From the NCBI GenBank assembly GCA_964057225.1, contig OZ059896.1:13020001-13084000 (forward strand): a stretch of DNA of 64,000 nt, given 5' to 3'. This stretch comes from Auanema rhodensis. Its lineage: Eukaryota > Animalia > Nematoda. The notes beneath the pieces are model-generated. The model did not search any database, was not told the origin of the DNA, and saw only the letters and a list, made by a program, of their open reading frames with translations. Positions 14,701 through 28,850 of the stretch are shown piece after piece (position 1 is the first letter of the stretch; every line of letters begins with the position of its first letter). Both the position numbers and the translations under genes were made by a program.

Positions 14701-17700
14701 GTGCACATCACGTGTACAATTAATTAGCATAAATTAAAGTTCACGTTAATTTCAAAGTCATGGTTACCATGCACCAATATCGATAAAAATCTGTTCTTAG
14801 ATTAATATGGACATGGGTAATCTAATTTTGAAAACCGCATTTCTTTATCTTTCACGGGAAGCGAGTCACATACCATGTGCACATCACGTGTACAATTAAT
14901 TAGCATAAATTAAAGTTCACGTAAAGTTCAAAGTCATGGTTACCATGTATCAATAAAAATCTGTTATTAGACTAATATAGACATGAGGAATCTAATTTTG
15001 AAAATCGCATCTCTTTATCTTTAACGGGAAGCGAGTTACATACCATGTGCACATCACGTGTACAATTAATTAGCATAAATTAAAGTTCACGTTAATTTCA
15101 AAGTCATGGTTACCATGCACCAATATCAATAAAACTTTGTTCTCAGACTAATATGGACATGGGTAATCTAATTTTGATAACCGCATCTCTTTATCTTTCA
15201 CGGGAAGCGAGTCACATACCATGTGCACATCACGTGTACAATTAATTAGCATAAATTAAAGTTCACGTAAAGTTCAAAGTCATGGTTACCATGCACCAAT
15301 ATCAATAAAAATTTGTTCTTAGATTAATATGGACATGGGTAATCTAATTTTGAAAACCGCATTTCTTTGTCTTTCACGGGAAGCGAGTCACATACCATGT
15401 GCACATCACGTGTACAATTAATTAGCATAAATTAAAGTTCACGTAAAGTTCAAAATCATGGTTACCATGCACCAATATCAATAACAATTTGTTCTTAGAC
15501 TAATATGGACATGGGTAATCTAATTTTGAAAACCGCATTTCTTTATCTTTCACGGGAAGCGAGTTACATACCATGTGCACATCACGTGTACAATTAATTA
15601 GCATAAATTAAAGTTCACGTTAATTTCAAAGTCATGGTTACCATGCACCAATATCGATAAAAATTTGTTCTTAGATTAATATGGACATGGGTAATCTAAT
15701 TTTGAAAACCACATTTCTTTATCTTTCACGGGAAGCGAGTCACATACCATGTGCACATCACGTGTACAATTAATTAGCATAAATTAAAGTTCACGTTAAT
15801 TTCAAAGTCATGGTTACCATGCACCAATATCGATAAAAATTTGTTCTTAGATTAATATGGACATGGGTAATCTAATTTTGAAAACCGCATTTCTTTATCT
15901 TTCACGGGAAGCGAGTTACATACCATGTGCACATCACGTGTACAATTAATTAGCATAAATTAAAGTTCACGTTAATTTCAAAGTCATGGTTACCATGTAT
16001 CAATAAAAATTTGTTATTAGACTAATATAGACATGAGGAATCTAATTTTGAAAACCGCATCTGTTTATCTTTAACGGGAAGCGAGTTACATACGATGTGC
16101 ACATCACGTGTACAATTAATTAGCATAAATTAAAGTTCACGTAAATTTCAAAGTCATGGTTACCATGCACCAATATCAATAAAACTTTGTTCTTAGACTA
16201 ATATGGACATGGGTAATCTAATTTTGAAAACCGCATTTCTTTATCTTTCACGGGAAACGAGTTACATACCATGTGCACATCACGTGTACAATTATTAGCA
16301 TAAATTAAAGTTCACGTTAATTTCAAAGTCATGGTTACCATGCACCAATATCAATAAAAATTTGTTCTTAGATTAATATGGACATGGGTAATCTAATTTT
16401 GAGAACCGCATTTCTTCATCTTTCACGGGAAGCGAGTTACATACCATGTTCACATCACGTGTACAATTAATTAGCATAAATTAAAGTTCACGTAAAGTTC
16501 AAAGTCATGGTTACCATGCACCAATATCAATAAAAATTTGTTCTTAGACTAATATGGACATGGGTAATCTAATTTTGAAAACCGCATCTCTTTATCTTTA
16601 ACGGGAAGCGAGTTACATACCATGTGCACATCACGTGTACAATTAATTAGCATAAATTAAAGTTCACGTAAACTTCAAAGTCCTGGTTACCATGCACCAA
16701 TATCAATAAAAATTTGTTCTTAGATTAATATGGACATGGGTAATCTAATTTTGAAAACGGCATTTTTTTATCTTTCACGGGAAGCGAGTAACATACCATG
16801 TGCACATCACGTGTACAATTAATTAGCATAAATTAAAGTTCACGTTAATTTCAAAGTCATGGTTACCATGTATCAATAAAAATTTGTTATTAGACTAATA
16901 TAGACATGAGGAATCTAATTTTGTAAACCGCATTTCTTTATCTTTCACGGGAAGCGAGTTACATACCATGTGCACATCACGTGTACAATTAATTAGCATA
17001 AATTAAAGTTCACGTTAATTTCAAAGTCATGGTTACCATGCACCAATATCGATAAAAATTTGTTCTTAGATTAATATGGACATGGGTAATCTAATTTTGA
17101 AAACCACATTTCTTTATCTTTCACGGGAAGCGAGTCACATACCATGTGCACATCACGTGTACAATTAATTAGCATAAATTAAAGTTCACGTTAATTTCAA
17201 AGTCATGGTTACCATGCACCAATATCGATAAAAATTTGTTCTTAGATTAATATGGACATGGGTAATCTAATTTTGAAAACCGCATTTCTTTATCTTTCAC
17301 GGGAAGCGAGTTACATACCATGTGCACATCACGTGTACAATTAATTAGCATAAATTAAAGTTCACGTTAATTTCAAAGTCATGGTTACCATGTATCAATA
17401 AAAATTTGTTATTAGACTAATATAGACATGAGGAATCTAATTTTGAAAACCGCATCTGTTTATCTTTAACGGGAAGCGAGTTACATACGATGTGCACATC
17501 ACGTGTACAATTAATTAGCATAAATTAAAGTTCACGTAAATTTCAAAGTCATGGTTACCATGCACCAATATCAATAAAACTTTGTTCTTAGACTAATATG
17601 GACATGGGTAATCTAATTTTGAAAACCGCATTTCTTTATCTTTCACGGGAAGCGAGTTACATACCATGTGCACATCACGTGTACAATTATTAGCATAAAT

Positions 17701-19000
17701 TAAAGTTCACGTTAATTTCAAAGTCATGGTTACCATGCACCAATATCAATAAAAATTTGTTCTTAGATTAATATGGACATGGGTAATCTAATTTTGAGAA
17801 CCGCATTTCTTCATCTTTCACGGGAAGCGAGTTACATACCATGTTCACATCACGTGTACAATTAATTAGCATAAATTAAAGTTCACGTAAAGTTCAAAGT
17901 CATGGTTACCATGCACCAATATCAATAAAAATTTGTTCTTAGACTAATATGGACATGGGTAATCTAATTTTGAAAACCGCATCTCTTTATCTTTAACGGG
18001 AAGCGAGTTACATACCATGTGCACATCACGTGTACAATTAATTAGCATAAATTAAAGTTCACGTAAACTTCAAAGTCCTGGTTACCATGCACCAATATCA
18101 ATAAAAATTTGTTCTTAGATTAATATGGACATGGGTAATCTAATTTTGAAAACGGCATTTTTTTATCTTTCACGGGAAGCGAGTAACATACCATGTGCAC
18201 ATCACGTGTACAATTAATTAGCATAAATTAAAGTTCACGTTAATTTCAAAGTCATGGTTACCATGTATCAATAAAAATTTGTTATTAGACTAATATAGAC
18301 ATGAGGAATCTAATTTTGTAAACCGCATTTCTTTATCTTTCACGGGAAGCGAGTTACATACCATGTGCACATCACGTGTACAATTAATTAGCATAAATTA
18401 AAGTTCACGTTAATTTCAAAGTCATGGTTACCATGCACCAATATCAATAAAAATTTGTTCTTAGATTAATATGGACATGGGTAATCTAATTTTGAAAACC
18501 GCATTTCTTTATCTTTCACGGGAAGCGAGTTACATACCATGTGCACATGACGTGTACAATTAATTAGCATAAATTAAAGTTCACGTTAATTTCAAAGTCA
18601 TATTACCATGCACCAATATCAATAAAACTTTGTTCTCAGACTAATATGGACATGGGTAATCTAATTTTGAGAACTGCATTTCTTCATCTTTAACGGGAAG
18701 CGAGTTACATACCATGTGCACATCACGTGTACAATTAATTAGCATAAATTAAAGTTCACGTAAACTTCAAAGTCCTGGTTACCATGCACCAATATCAATA
18801 AAAATTTGTTCTTAGATTAATATGGACATGGGTAATCTAATTTTGAAAACCGCATTTTTTTATCTTTCACGGGAAGCGAGTAACATACCATGTGCACATC
18901 ACGTGTACAATTAATTAGCATAAATTAAAGTTCACGTTAATTTCAAAGTCATGGTTACCATGTATCAATAAAAATTTGTTATTAGACTAATATGGACATG
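5800..19000 (+). repeat. Large higher-order repeat domain (~21-mer with 17-, 10- and 8-mer derivatives); boundaries approximate
   Basis: Marker GATAACC recurs at 6804, 10468, 12209 and 15176 (spacings 3664, 1741, 2967). Marker CGATGTG recurs at 7721, 13126, 16093 and 17488 (spacings 5405, 2967, 1395). Confidence 0.75.
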
Positions 19001-19599
19001 GGTAATCTAATTTTGAAAACCGCATTTCTTTGTCTTTCACGGGAAGCGAGTCACATACCATGTGCACATCACGTGTACAATTAATTAGCATAAATTAAAG
19101 TTCACGTAAAGTTCAAAGTCATGGTTACCATGTATCAATAAAAATTTGTTATTAGACTAATATGGACATGGGTAATCTAATTTTGAAAACCGCATTTCTT
19201 TGTCTTTCACGGGAAGCGAGTCACATACCATGTGCACATCACGTGTACAATTAATTAGCATAAATCAAAGTTCACGTTAATTTCAAAGTCATGGTTACCA
19301 TGTATCAATAAAAATTTGTTCTTAGATTAATATGGACATGGGTAATCTAATTTTGAAAACCGCATTTCTTTGTCTTTCACGGGAAGCGAGTCACATACCA
19401 TGTGCACATCACGTGTACAATTAATTAGCATAAATTAAAGTTCACGTAAAGTTCAAAGTCATGGTTACCATGCACCAATATCAATAAAAATTTGTTCTTA
19501 GACTAATATGGACATGGGTAATCTAATTTTGAAAACCGCATTTCTTTATCTTTCACGGGAAGCGAGTTACATACCATGTGCACATCACGTGTACAATTA

Positions 19600-22500
19600 A
19601 TTAGCATAAATTAAAGTTCACGTTAATTTCAAAGTCATGGTTACCATGCACCAATATCGATAAAAATCTGTTCTTAGATTAATATGGACATGGGTAATCT
19701 AATTTTGAAAACCGCATTTCTTTATCTTTCACGGGAAGCGAGTCACATACCATGTGCACATCACGTGTACAATTAATTAGCATAAATTAAAGTTCACGTA
19801 AAGTTCAAAGTCATGGTTACCATGTATCAATAAAAATCTGTTATTAGACTAATATAGACATGAGGAATCTAATTTTGAAAATCGCATCTCTTTATCTTTA
19901 ACGGGAAGCGAGTTACATACCATGTGCACATCACGTGTACAATTAATTAGCATAAATTAAAGTTCACGTAAAGTTCAAAGTCATGGTTACCATGCACCAA
20001 TATCAATAAAAATTTGTTCTTAGATTAATATGGACATGGGTAATCTAATTTTGAAAATCGCATTTCTTTGTCTTTCACGGGAAGCGAGTCACATACCATG
20101 TGCACATCACGTGTACAATTAATTAGCATAAATTAAAGTTCACGTAAAGTTCAAAGTCATGGTTACCATGCACCAATATCAATAACAATTTGTTCTTAGA
20201 CTAATATGGACATGGGTAATCTAATTTTGAAAACCGCATTTCTTTATCTTTCACGGGAAGCGAGTTACATACCATGTGCACATCACGTGTACAATTAATT
20301 AGCATAAATTAAAGTTCACGTAAAGTTCAAAGTCATGGTTACCATGTATCAATAAAAATCTGTTATTAGACTAATATAGACATGAGGAATCTAATTTTGA
20401 AAATCGCATCTCTTTATCTTTAACGGGAAGCGAGTTACATACCATGTGCACATCACGTGTACAATTAATTAGCATAAATTAAAGTTCACGTAAAGTTCAA
20501 AGTCATGGTTACCATGCACCAATATCAATAAAAATTTGTTCTTAGATTAATATGGACATGGGTAATCTAATTTTGAAAATCGCATTTCTTTGTCTTTCAC
20601 GGGAAGCGAGTCACATACCATGTGCACATCACGTGTACAATTAATTAGCATAAATTAAAGTTCACGTAAAGTTCAAAGTCATGGTTACCATGCACCAATA
20701 TCAATAACAATTTGTTCTTAGACTAATATGGACATGGGTAATCTAATTTTGAAAACCGCATTTCTTTATCTTTCACGGGAAGCGAGTCACATACCATGTG
20801 CACATCACGTGTACAATTAATTAGCATAAATTAAAGTTCACGTAAAGTTCAAAGTCATGGTTACCATGTATCAATAAAAATCTGTTATTAGACTAATATA
20901 GACATGAGGAATCTAATTTTGAAAATCGCATCTCTTTATCTTTAACGGGAAGCGAGTTACATACCATGTGCACATCACGTGTACAATTAATTAGCATAAA
21001 TTAAAGTTCACGTTAATTTCAAAGTCATGGTTACCATGCACCAATATCAATAAAACTTTGTTCTCAGACTAATATGGACATGGGTAATCTAATTTTGATA
21101 ACCGCATCTCTTTATCTTTCACGGGAAGCGAGTCACATACCATGTGCACATCACGTGTACAATTAATTAGCATAAATTAAAGTTCACGTAAAGTTCAAAG
21201 TCATGGTTACCATGCACCAATATCAATAAAAATTTGTTCTTAGATTAATATGGACATGGGTAATCTAATTTTGAAAATCGCATTTCTTTGTCTTTCACGG
21301 GAAGCGAGTCACATACCATGTGCACATCACGTGTACAATTAATTAGCATAAATTAAAGTTCACGTAAAGTTCAAAGTCATGGTTACCATGCACCAATATC
21401 AATAACAATTTGTTCTTAGACTAATATGGACATGGGTAATCTAATTTTGAAAACCGCATTTCTTTATCTTTCACGGGAAGCGAGTTACATACCATGTGCA
21501 CATCACGTGTACAATTAATTAGCATAAATTAAAGTTCACGTTAATTTCAAAGTCATGGTTACCATGCACCAATATCGATAAAAATCTGTTCTTAGATTAA
21601 TATGGACATGGGTAATCTAATTTTGAAAACCGCATTTCTTTATCTTTCACGGGAAGCGAGTCACATACCATGTGCACATCACGTGTACAATTAATTAGCA
21701 TAAATTAAAGTTCACGTAAAGTTCAAAGTCATGGTTACCATGTATCAATAAAAATCTGTTATTAGACTAATATAGACATGAGGAATCTAATTTTGAAAAT
21801 CGCATCTCTTTATCTTTAACGGGAAGCGAGTTACATACCATGTGCACATCACGTGTACAATTAATTAGCATAAATTAAAGTTCACGTTAATTTCAAAGTC
21901 ATGGTTACCATGCACCAATATCAATAAAACTTTGTTCTCAGACTAATATGGACATGGGTAATCTAATTTTGATAACCGCATCTCTTTATCTTTCACGGGA
22001 AGCGAGTCACATACCATGTGCACATCACGTGTACAATTAATTAGCATAAATTAAAGTTCACGTAAAGTTCAAAGTCATGGTTACCATGCACCAATATCAA
22101 TAAAAATTTGTTCTTAGATTAATATGGACATGGGTAATCTAATTTTGAAAATCGCATTTCTTTGTCTTTCACGGGAAGCGAGTCACATACCATGTGCACA
22201 TCACGTGTACAATTAATTAGCATAAATTAAAGTTCACGTAAAGTTCAAAGTCATGGTTACCATGCACCAATATCAATAACAATTTGTTCTTAGACTAATA
22301 TGGACATGGGTAATCTAATTTTGAAAACCGCATTTCTTTATCTTTCACGGGAAGCGAGTTACATACCATGTGCACATCACGTGTACAATTAATTAGCATA
22401 AATTAAAGTTCACGTTAATTTCAAAGTCATGGTTACCATGCACCAATATCAATAAAAATTTGTTCTTAGATTAATATGGACATGGGTAATCTAATTTTGA

Positions 22501-25500
22501 AAATCGCATTTCTTTGTCTTTCACGGGAAGCGAGTCACATACCATGTGCACATCACGTGTACAATTAATTAGCATAAATTAAAGTTCACGTAAAGTTCAA
22601 AGTCATGGTTACCATGTATCAATAAAAATTTGTTATTAGACTAATATGGACATGGGTAATCTAATTTTGAAAACCGCATTTCTTTGTCTTTCACGGGAAG
22701 CGAGTCACATACCATGTGCACATCACGTGTACAATTAATTAGCATAAATCAAAGTTCACGTTAATTTCAAAGTCATGGTTACCATGTATCAATAAAAATT
22801 TGTTCTTAGATTAATATGGACATGGGTAATCTAATTTTGAAAACCGCATTTCTTTGTCTTTCACGGGAAGCGAGTCACATACCATGTGCACATCACGTGT
22901 ACAATTAATTAGCATAAATTAAAGTTCACGTAAAGTTCAAAGTCATGGTTACCATGCACCAATATCAATAAAAATTTGTTCTTAGACTAATATGGACATG
23001 GGTAATCTAATTTTGAAAACCGCATTTCTTTATCTTTCACGGGAAGCGAGTTACATACCATGTGCACATCACGTGTACAATTAATTAGCATAAATTAAAG
23101 TTCACGTTAATTTCAAAGTCATGGTTACCATGCACCAATATCGATAAAAATCTGTTCTTAGATTAATATGGACATGGGTAATCTAATTTTGAAAACCGCA
23201 TTTCTTTATCTTTCACGGGAAGCGAGTCACATACCTTGTGCACATCACGTGTACAATTAATTAGCATAAATTAAAGTTCACGTAAAGTTCAAAGTCATGG
23301 TTACCATGTATCAATAAAAATCTGTTATTAGACTAATATAGACATGAGGAATCTAATTTTGAAAATCGCATCTCTTTATCTTTAAAGGGAAGCGAGTTAC
23401 ATACCATGTGCACATCACGTGTACAATTAATTAGCATAAATTAAAGTTCACGTAAAGTTCAAAGTCATGGTTACCATGCACCAATATCAATAAAAATTTG
23501 TTCTTAGATTAATATGGACATGGGTAATCTAATTTTGAAAATCGCATTTCTTTGTCTTTCACGGGAAGCGAGTCACATACCATGTGCACATCACGTGTAC
23601 AATTAATTAGCATAAATTAAAGTTCACGTAAAGTTCAAAGTCATGGTTACCATGCACCAATATCAATAACAATTTGTTCTTAGACTAATATGGACATGGG
23701 TAATCTAATTTTGAAAACCGCATTTCTTTATCTTTCACGGGAAGCGAGTTACATACCATGTGCACATCACGTGTACAATTAATTAGCATAAATTAAAGTT
23801 CACGTTAATTTCAAAGTCATGGTTACCATGCACCAATATCGATAAAAATCTGTTCTTAGATTAATATGGACATGGGTAATCTAATTTTGAAAACCGCATT
23901 TCTTTATCTTTCACGGGAAGCGAGTCACATACCATGTGCACATCACGTGTACAATTAATTAGCATAAATTAAAGTTCACGTAAAGTTCAAAGTCATGGTT
24001 ACCATGTATCAATAAAAATCTGTTATTAGACTAATATAGACATGAGGAATCTAATTTTGAAAATCGCATCTCTTTATCTTTAACGGGAAGCGAGTTACAT
24101 ACCATGTGCACATCACGTGTACAATTAATTAGCATAAATTAAAGTTCACGTTAATTTCAAAGTCATGGTTACCATGCACCAATATCAATAAAACTTTGTT
24201 CTCAGACTAATATGGACATGGGTAATCTAATTTTGATAACCGCATCTCTTTATCTTTCACGGGAAGCGAGTCACATACCATGTGCACATCACGTGTACAA
24301 TTAATTAGCATAAATTAAAGTTCACGTAAAGTTCAAAGTCATGGTTACCATGCACCAATATCAATAAAAATTTGTTCTTAGATTAATATGGACATGGGTA
24401 ATCTAATTTTGAAAATCGCATTTCTTTGTCTTTCACGGGAAGCGAGTCACATACCATGTGCACATCACGTGTACAATTAATTAGCATAAATTAAAGTTCA
24501 CGTAAAGTTCAAAGTCATGGTTACCATGCACCAATATCAATAACAATTTGTTCTTAGACTAATATGGACATGGGTAATCTAATTTTGAAAACCGCATTTC
24601 TTTATCTTTCACGGGAAGCGAGTTACATACCATGTGCACATCACGTGTACAATTAATTAGCATAAATTAAAGTTCACGTTAATTTCAAAGTCATGGTTAC
24701 CATGCACCAATATCGATAAAAATCTGTTCTTAGATTAATATGGACATGGGTAATCTAATTTTGAAAACCGCATTTCTTTATCTTTCACGGGAAGCGAGTC
24801 ACATACCATGTGCACATCACGTGTACAATTAATTAGCATAAATTAAAGTTCACGTAAAGTTCAAAGTCATGGTTACCATGTATCAATAAAAATCTGTTAT
24901 TAGACTAATATAGACATGAGGAATCTAATTTTGAAAATCGCATCTCTTTATCTTTAACGGGAAGCGAGTTACATACCATGTGCACATCACGTGTACAATT
25001 AATTAGCATAAATTAAAGTTCACGTTAATTTCAAAGTCATGGTTACCATGCACCAATATCAATAAAACTTTGTTCTCAGACTAATATGGACATGGGTAAT
25101 CTAATTTTGATAACCGCATCTCTTTATCTTTCACGGGAAGCGAGTCACATACCATGTGCACATCACGTGTACAATTAATTAGCATAAATTAAAGTTCACG
25201 TAAAGTTCAAAGTCATGGTTACCATGCACCAATATCAATAAAAATTTGTTCTTAGATTAATATGGACATGGGTAATCTAATTTTGAAAATCGCATTTCTT
25301 TGTCTTTCACGGGAAGCGAGTCACATACCATGTGCACATCACGTGTACAATTAATTAGCATAAATTAAAGTTCACGTAAAGTTCAAAGTCATGGTTACCA
25401 TGCACCAATATCAATAACAATTTGTTCTTAGACTAATATGGACATGGGTAATCTAATTTTGAAAACCGCATTTCTTTATCTTTCACGGGAAGCGAGTTAC

Positions 25501-28500
25501 ATACCATGTGCACATCACGTGTACAATTAATTAGCATAAATTAAAGTTCACGTTAATTTCAAAGTCATGGTTACCATGCACCAATATCGATAAAAATCTG
25601 TTCTTAGATTAATATGGACATGGGTAATCTAATTTTGAAAACCGCATTTCTTTATCTTTCACGGGAAGCGAGTCACATACCATGTGCACATCACGTGTAC
25701 AATTAATTAGCATAAATTAAAGTTCACGTAAAGTTCAAAGTCATGGTTACCATGTATCAATAAAAATCTGTTATTAGACTAATATAGACATGAGGAATCT
25801 AATTTTGAAAATCGCATCTCTTTATCTTTAACGGGAAGCGAGTTACATACCATGTGCACATCACGTGTACAATTAATTAGCATAAATTAAAGTTCACGTA
25901 AAGTTCAAAGTCATGGTTACCATGCACCAATATCAATAAAAATTTGTTCTTAGATTAATATGGACATGGGTAATCTAATTTTGAAAATCGCATTTCTTTG
26001 TCTTTCACGGGAAGCGAGTCACATACCATGTGCACATCACGTGTACAATTAATTAGCATAAATTAAAGTTCACGTAAAGTTCAAAGTCATGGTTACCATG
26101 CACCAATATCAATAACAATTTGTTCTTAGACTAATATGGACATGGGTAATCTAATTTTGAAAACCGCATTTCTTTATCTTTCACGGGAAGCGAGTTACAT
26201 ACCATGTGCACATCACGTGTACAATTAATTAGCATAAATTAAAGTTCACGTTAATTTCAAAGTCATGGTTACCATGCACCAATATCGATAAAAATCTGTT
26301 CTTAGATTAATATGGACATGGGTAATCTAATTTTGAAAACCGCATTTCTTTATCTTTCACGGGAAGCGAGTCACATACCATGTGCACATCACGTGTACAA
26401 TTAATTAGCATAAATTAAAGTTCACGTAAAGTTCAAAGTCATGGTTACCATGTATCAATAAAAATCTGTTATTAGACTAATATAGACATGAGGAATCTAA
26501 TTTTGAAAATCGCATCTCTTTATCTTTAACGGGAAGCGAGTTACATACCATGTGCACATCACGTGTACAATTAATTAGCATAAATTAAAGTTCACGTTAA
26601 TTTCAAAGTCATGGTTACCATGCACCAATATCAATAAAACTTTGTTCTCAGACTAATATGGACATGGGTAATCTAATTTTGATAACCGCATCTCTTTATC
26701 TTTCACGGGAAGCGAGTCACATACCATGTGCACATCACGTGTACAATTAATTAGCATAAATTAAAGTTCACGTAAAGTTCAAAGTCATGGTTACCATGCA
26801 CCAATATCAATAAAAATTTGTTCTTAGATTAATATGGACATGGGTAATCTAATTTTGAAAATCGCATTTCTTTGTCTTTCACGGGAAGCGAGTCACATAC
26901 CATGTGCACATCACGTGTACAATTAATTAGCATAAATTAAAGTTCACGTAAAGTTCAAAGTCATGGTTACCATGCACCAATATCAATAACAATTTGTTCT
27001 TAGACTAATATGGACATGGGTAATCTAATTTTGAAAACCGCATTTCTTTATCTTTCACGGGAAGCGAGTTACATACCATGTGCACATCACGTGTACAATT
27101 AATTAGCATAAATTAAAGTTCACGTTAATTTCAAAGTCATGGTTACCATGCACCAATATCGATAAAAATCTGTTCTTAGATTAATATGGACATGGGTAAT
27201 CTAATTTTGAAAACCGCATTTCTTTATCTTTCACGGGAAGCGAGTCACATACCATGTGCACATCACGTGTACAATTAATTAGCATAAATTAAAGTTCACG
27301 TAAAGTTCAAAGTCATGGTTACCATGTATCAATAAAAATCTGTTATTAGACTAATATAGACATGAGGAATCTAATTTTGAAAATCGCATCTCTTTATCTT
27401 TAACGGGAAGCGAGTTACATACCATGTGCACATCACGTGTACAATTAATTAGCATAAATTAAAGTTCACGTTAATTTCAAAGTCATGGTTACCATGCACC
27501 AATATCAATAAAACTTTGTTCTCAGACTAATATGGACATGGGTAATCTAATTTTGATAACCGCATCTCTTTATCTTTCACGGGAAGCGAGTCACATACCA
27601 TGTGCACATCACGTGTACAATTAATTAGCATAAATTAAAGTTCACGTAAAGTTCAAAGTCATGGTTACCATGCACCAATATCAATAAAAATTTGTTCTTA
27701 GATTAATATGGACATGGGTAATCTAATTTTGAAAATCGCATTTCTTTGTCTTTCACGGGAAGCGAGTCACATACCATGTGCACATCACGTGTACAATTAA
27801 TTAGCATAAATTAAAGTTCACGTAAAGTTCAAAGTCATGGTTACCATGCACCAATATCAATAACAATTTGTTCTTAGACTAATATGGACATGGGTAATCT
27901 AATTTTGAAAACCGCATTTCTTTATCTTTCACGGGAAGCGAGTTACATACCATGTGCACATCACGTGTACAATTAATTAGCATAAATTAAAGTTCACGTT
28001 AATTTCAAAGTCATGGTTACCATGCACCAATATCGATAAAAATCTGTTCTTAGATTAATATGGACATGGGTAATCTAATTTTGAAAACCGCATTTCTTTA
28101 TCTTTCACGGGAAGCGAGTCACATACCATGTGCACATCACGTGTACAATTAATTAGCATAAATTAAAGTTCACGTAAAGTTCAAAGTCATGGTTACCATG
28201 TATCAATAAAAATCTGTTATTAGACTAATATAGACATGAGGAATCTAATTTTGAAAATTGCATCTCTTTATCTTTAACGGGAAGCGAGTTACATACCATG
28301 TGCACATCACGTGTACAATTAATTAGCATAAATTAAAGTTCACGTTAATTTCAAAGTCATGGTTACCATGCACCAATATCAATAAAACTTTGTTCTCAGA
28401 CTAATATGGACATGGGTAATCTAATTTTGATAACCGCATCTCTTTATCTTTCACGGGAAGCGAGTCACATACCATGTGCACATCACGTGTACAATTAATT

Positions 28501-28850
28501 AGCATAAATTAAAGTTCACGTAAAGTTCAAAGTCATGGTTACCATGCACCAATATCAATAAAAATTTGTTCTTAGATTAATATGGACATGGGTAATCTAA
28601 TTTTGAAAATCGCATTTCTTTGTCTTTCACGGGAAGCGAGTGACATACCATGTGCACATCACGTGTACAATTAATTAGCATAAATTAAAGTTCACGTAAA
28701 GTTCAAAGTCATGGTTACCATGCACCAATATCAATAACAATTTGTTCTTAGACTAATATGGACATGGGTAATCTAATTTTGAAAACCGCATTTCTTTATC
28801 TTTCACGGGAAGCGAGTTACATACCATGTGCACATCACGTGTACAATTAA
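19600..28850 (+). repeat. Homogeneous 5-monomer higher-order repeat (874 bp) with 4-mer (698 bp) variants; boundaries approximate
   Basis: Marker GATAACC lies at 21097, 21971, 24235, 25109, 26681, 27555 and 28429. Spacings of 874 bp (4x176+170) and 1572 bp (874+698) recur. Confidence 0.9.
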
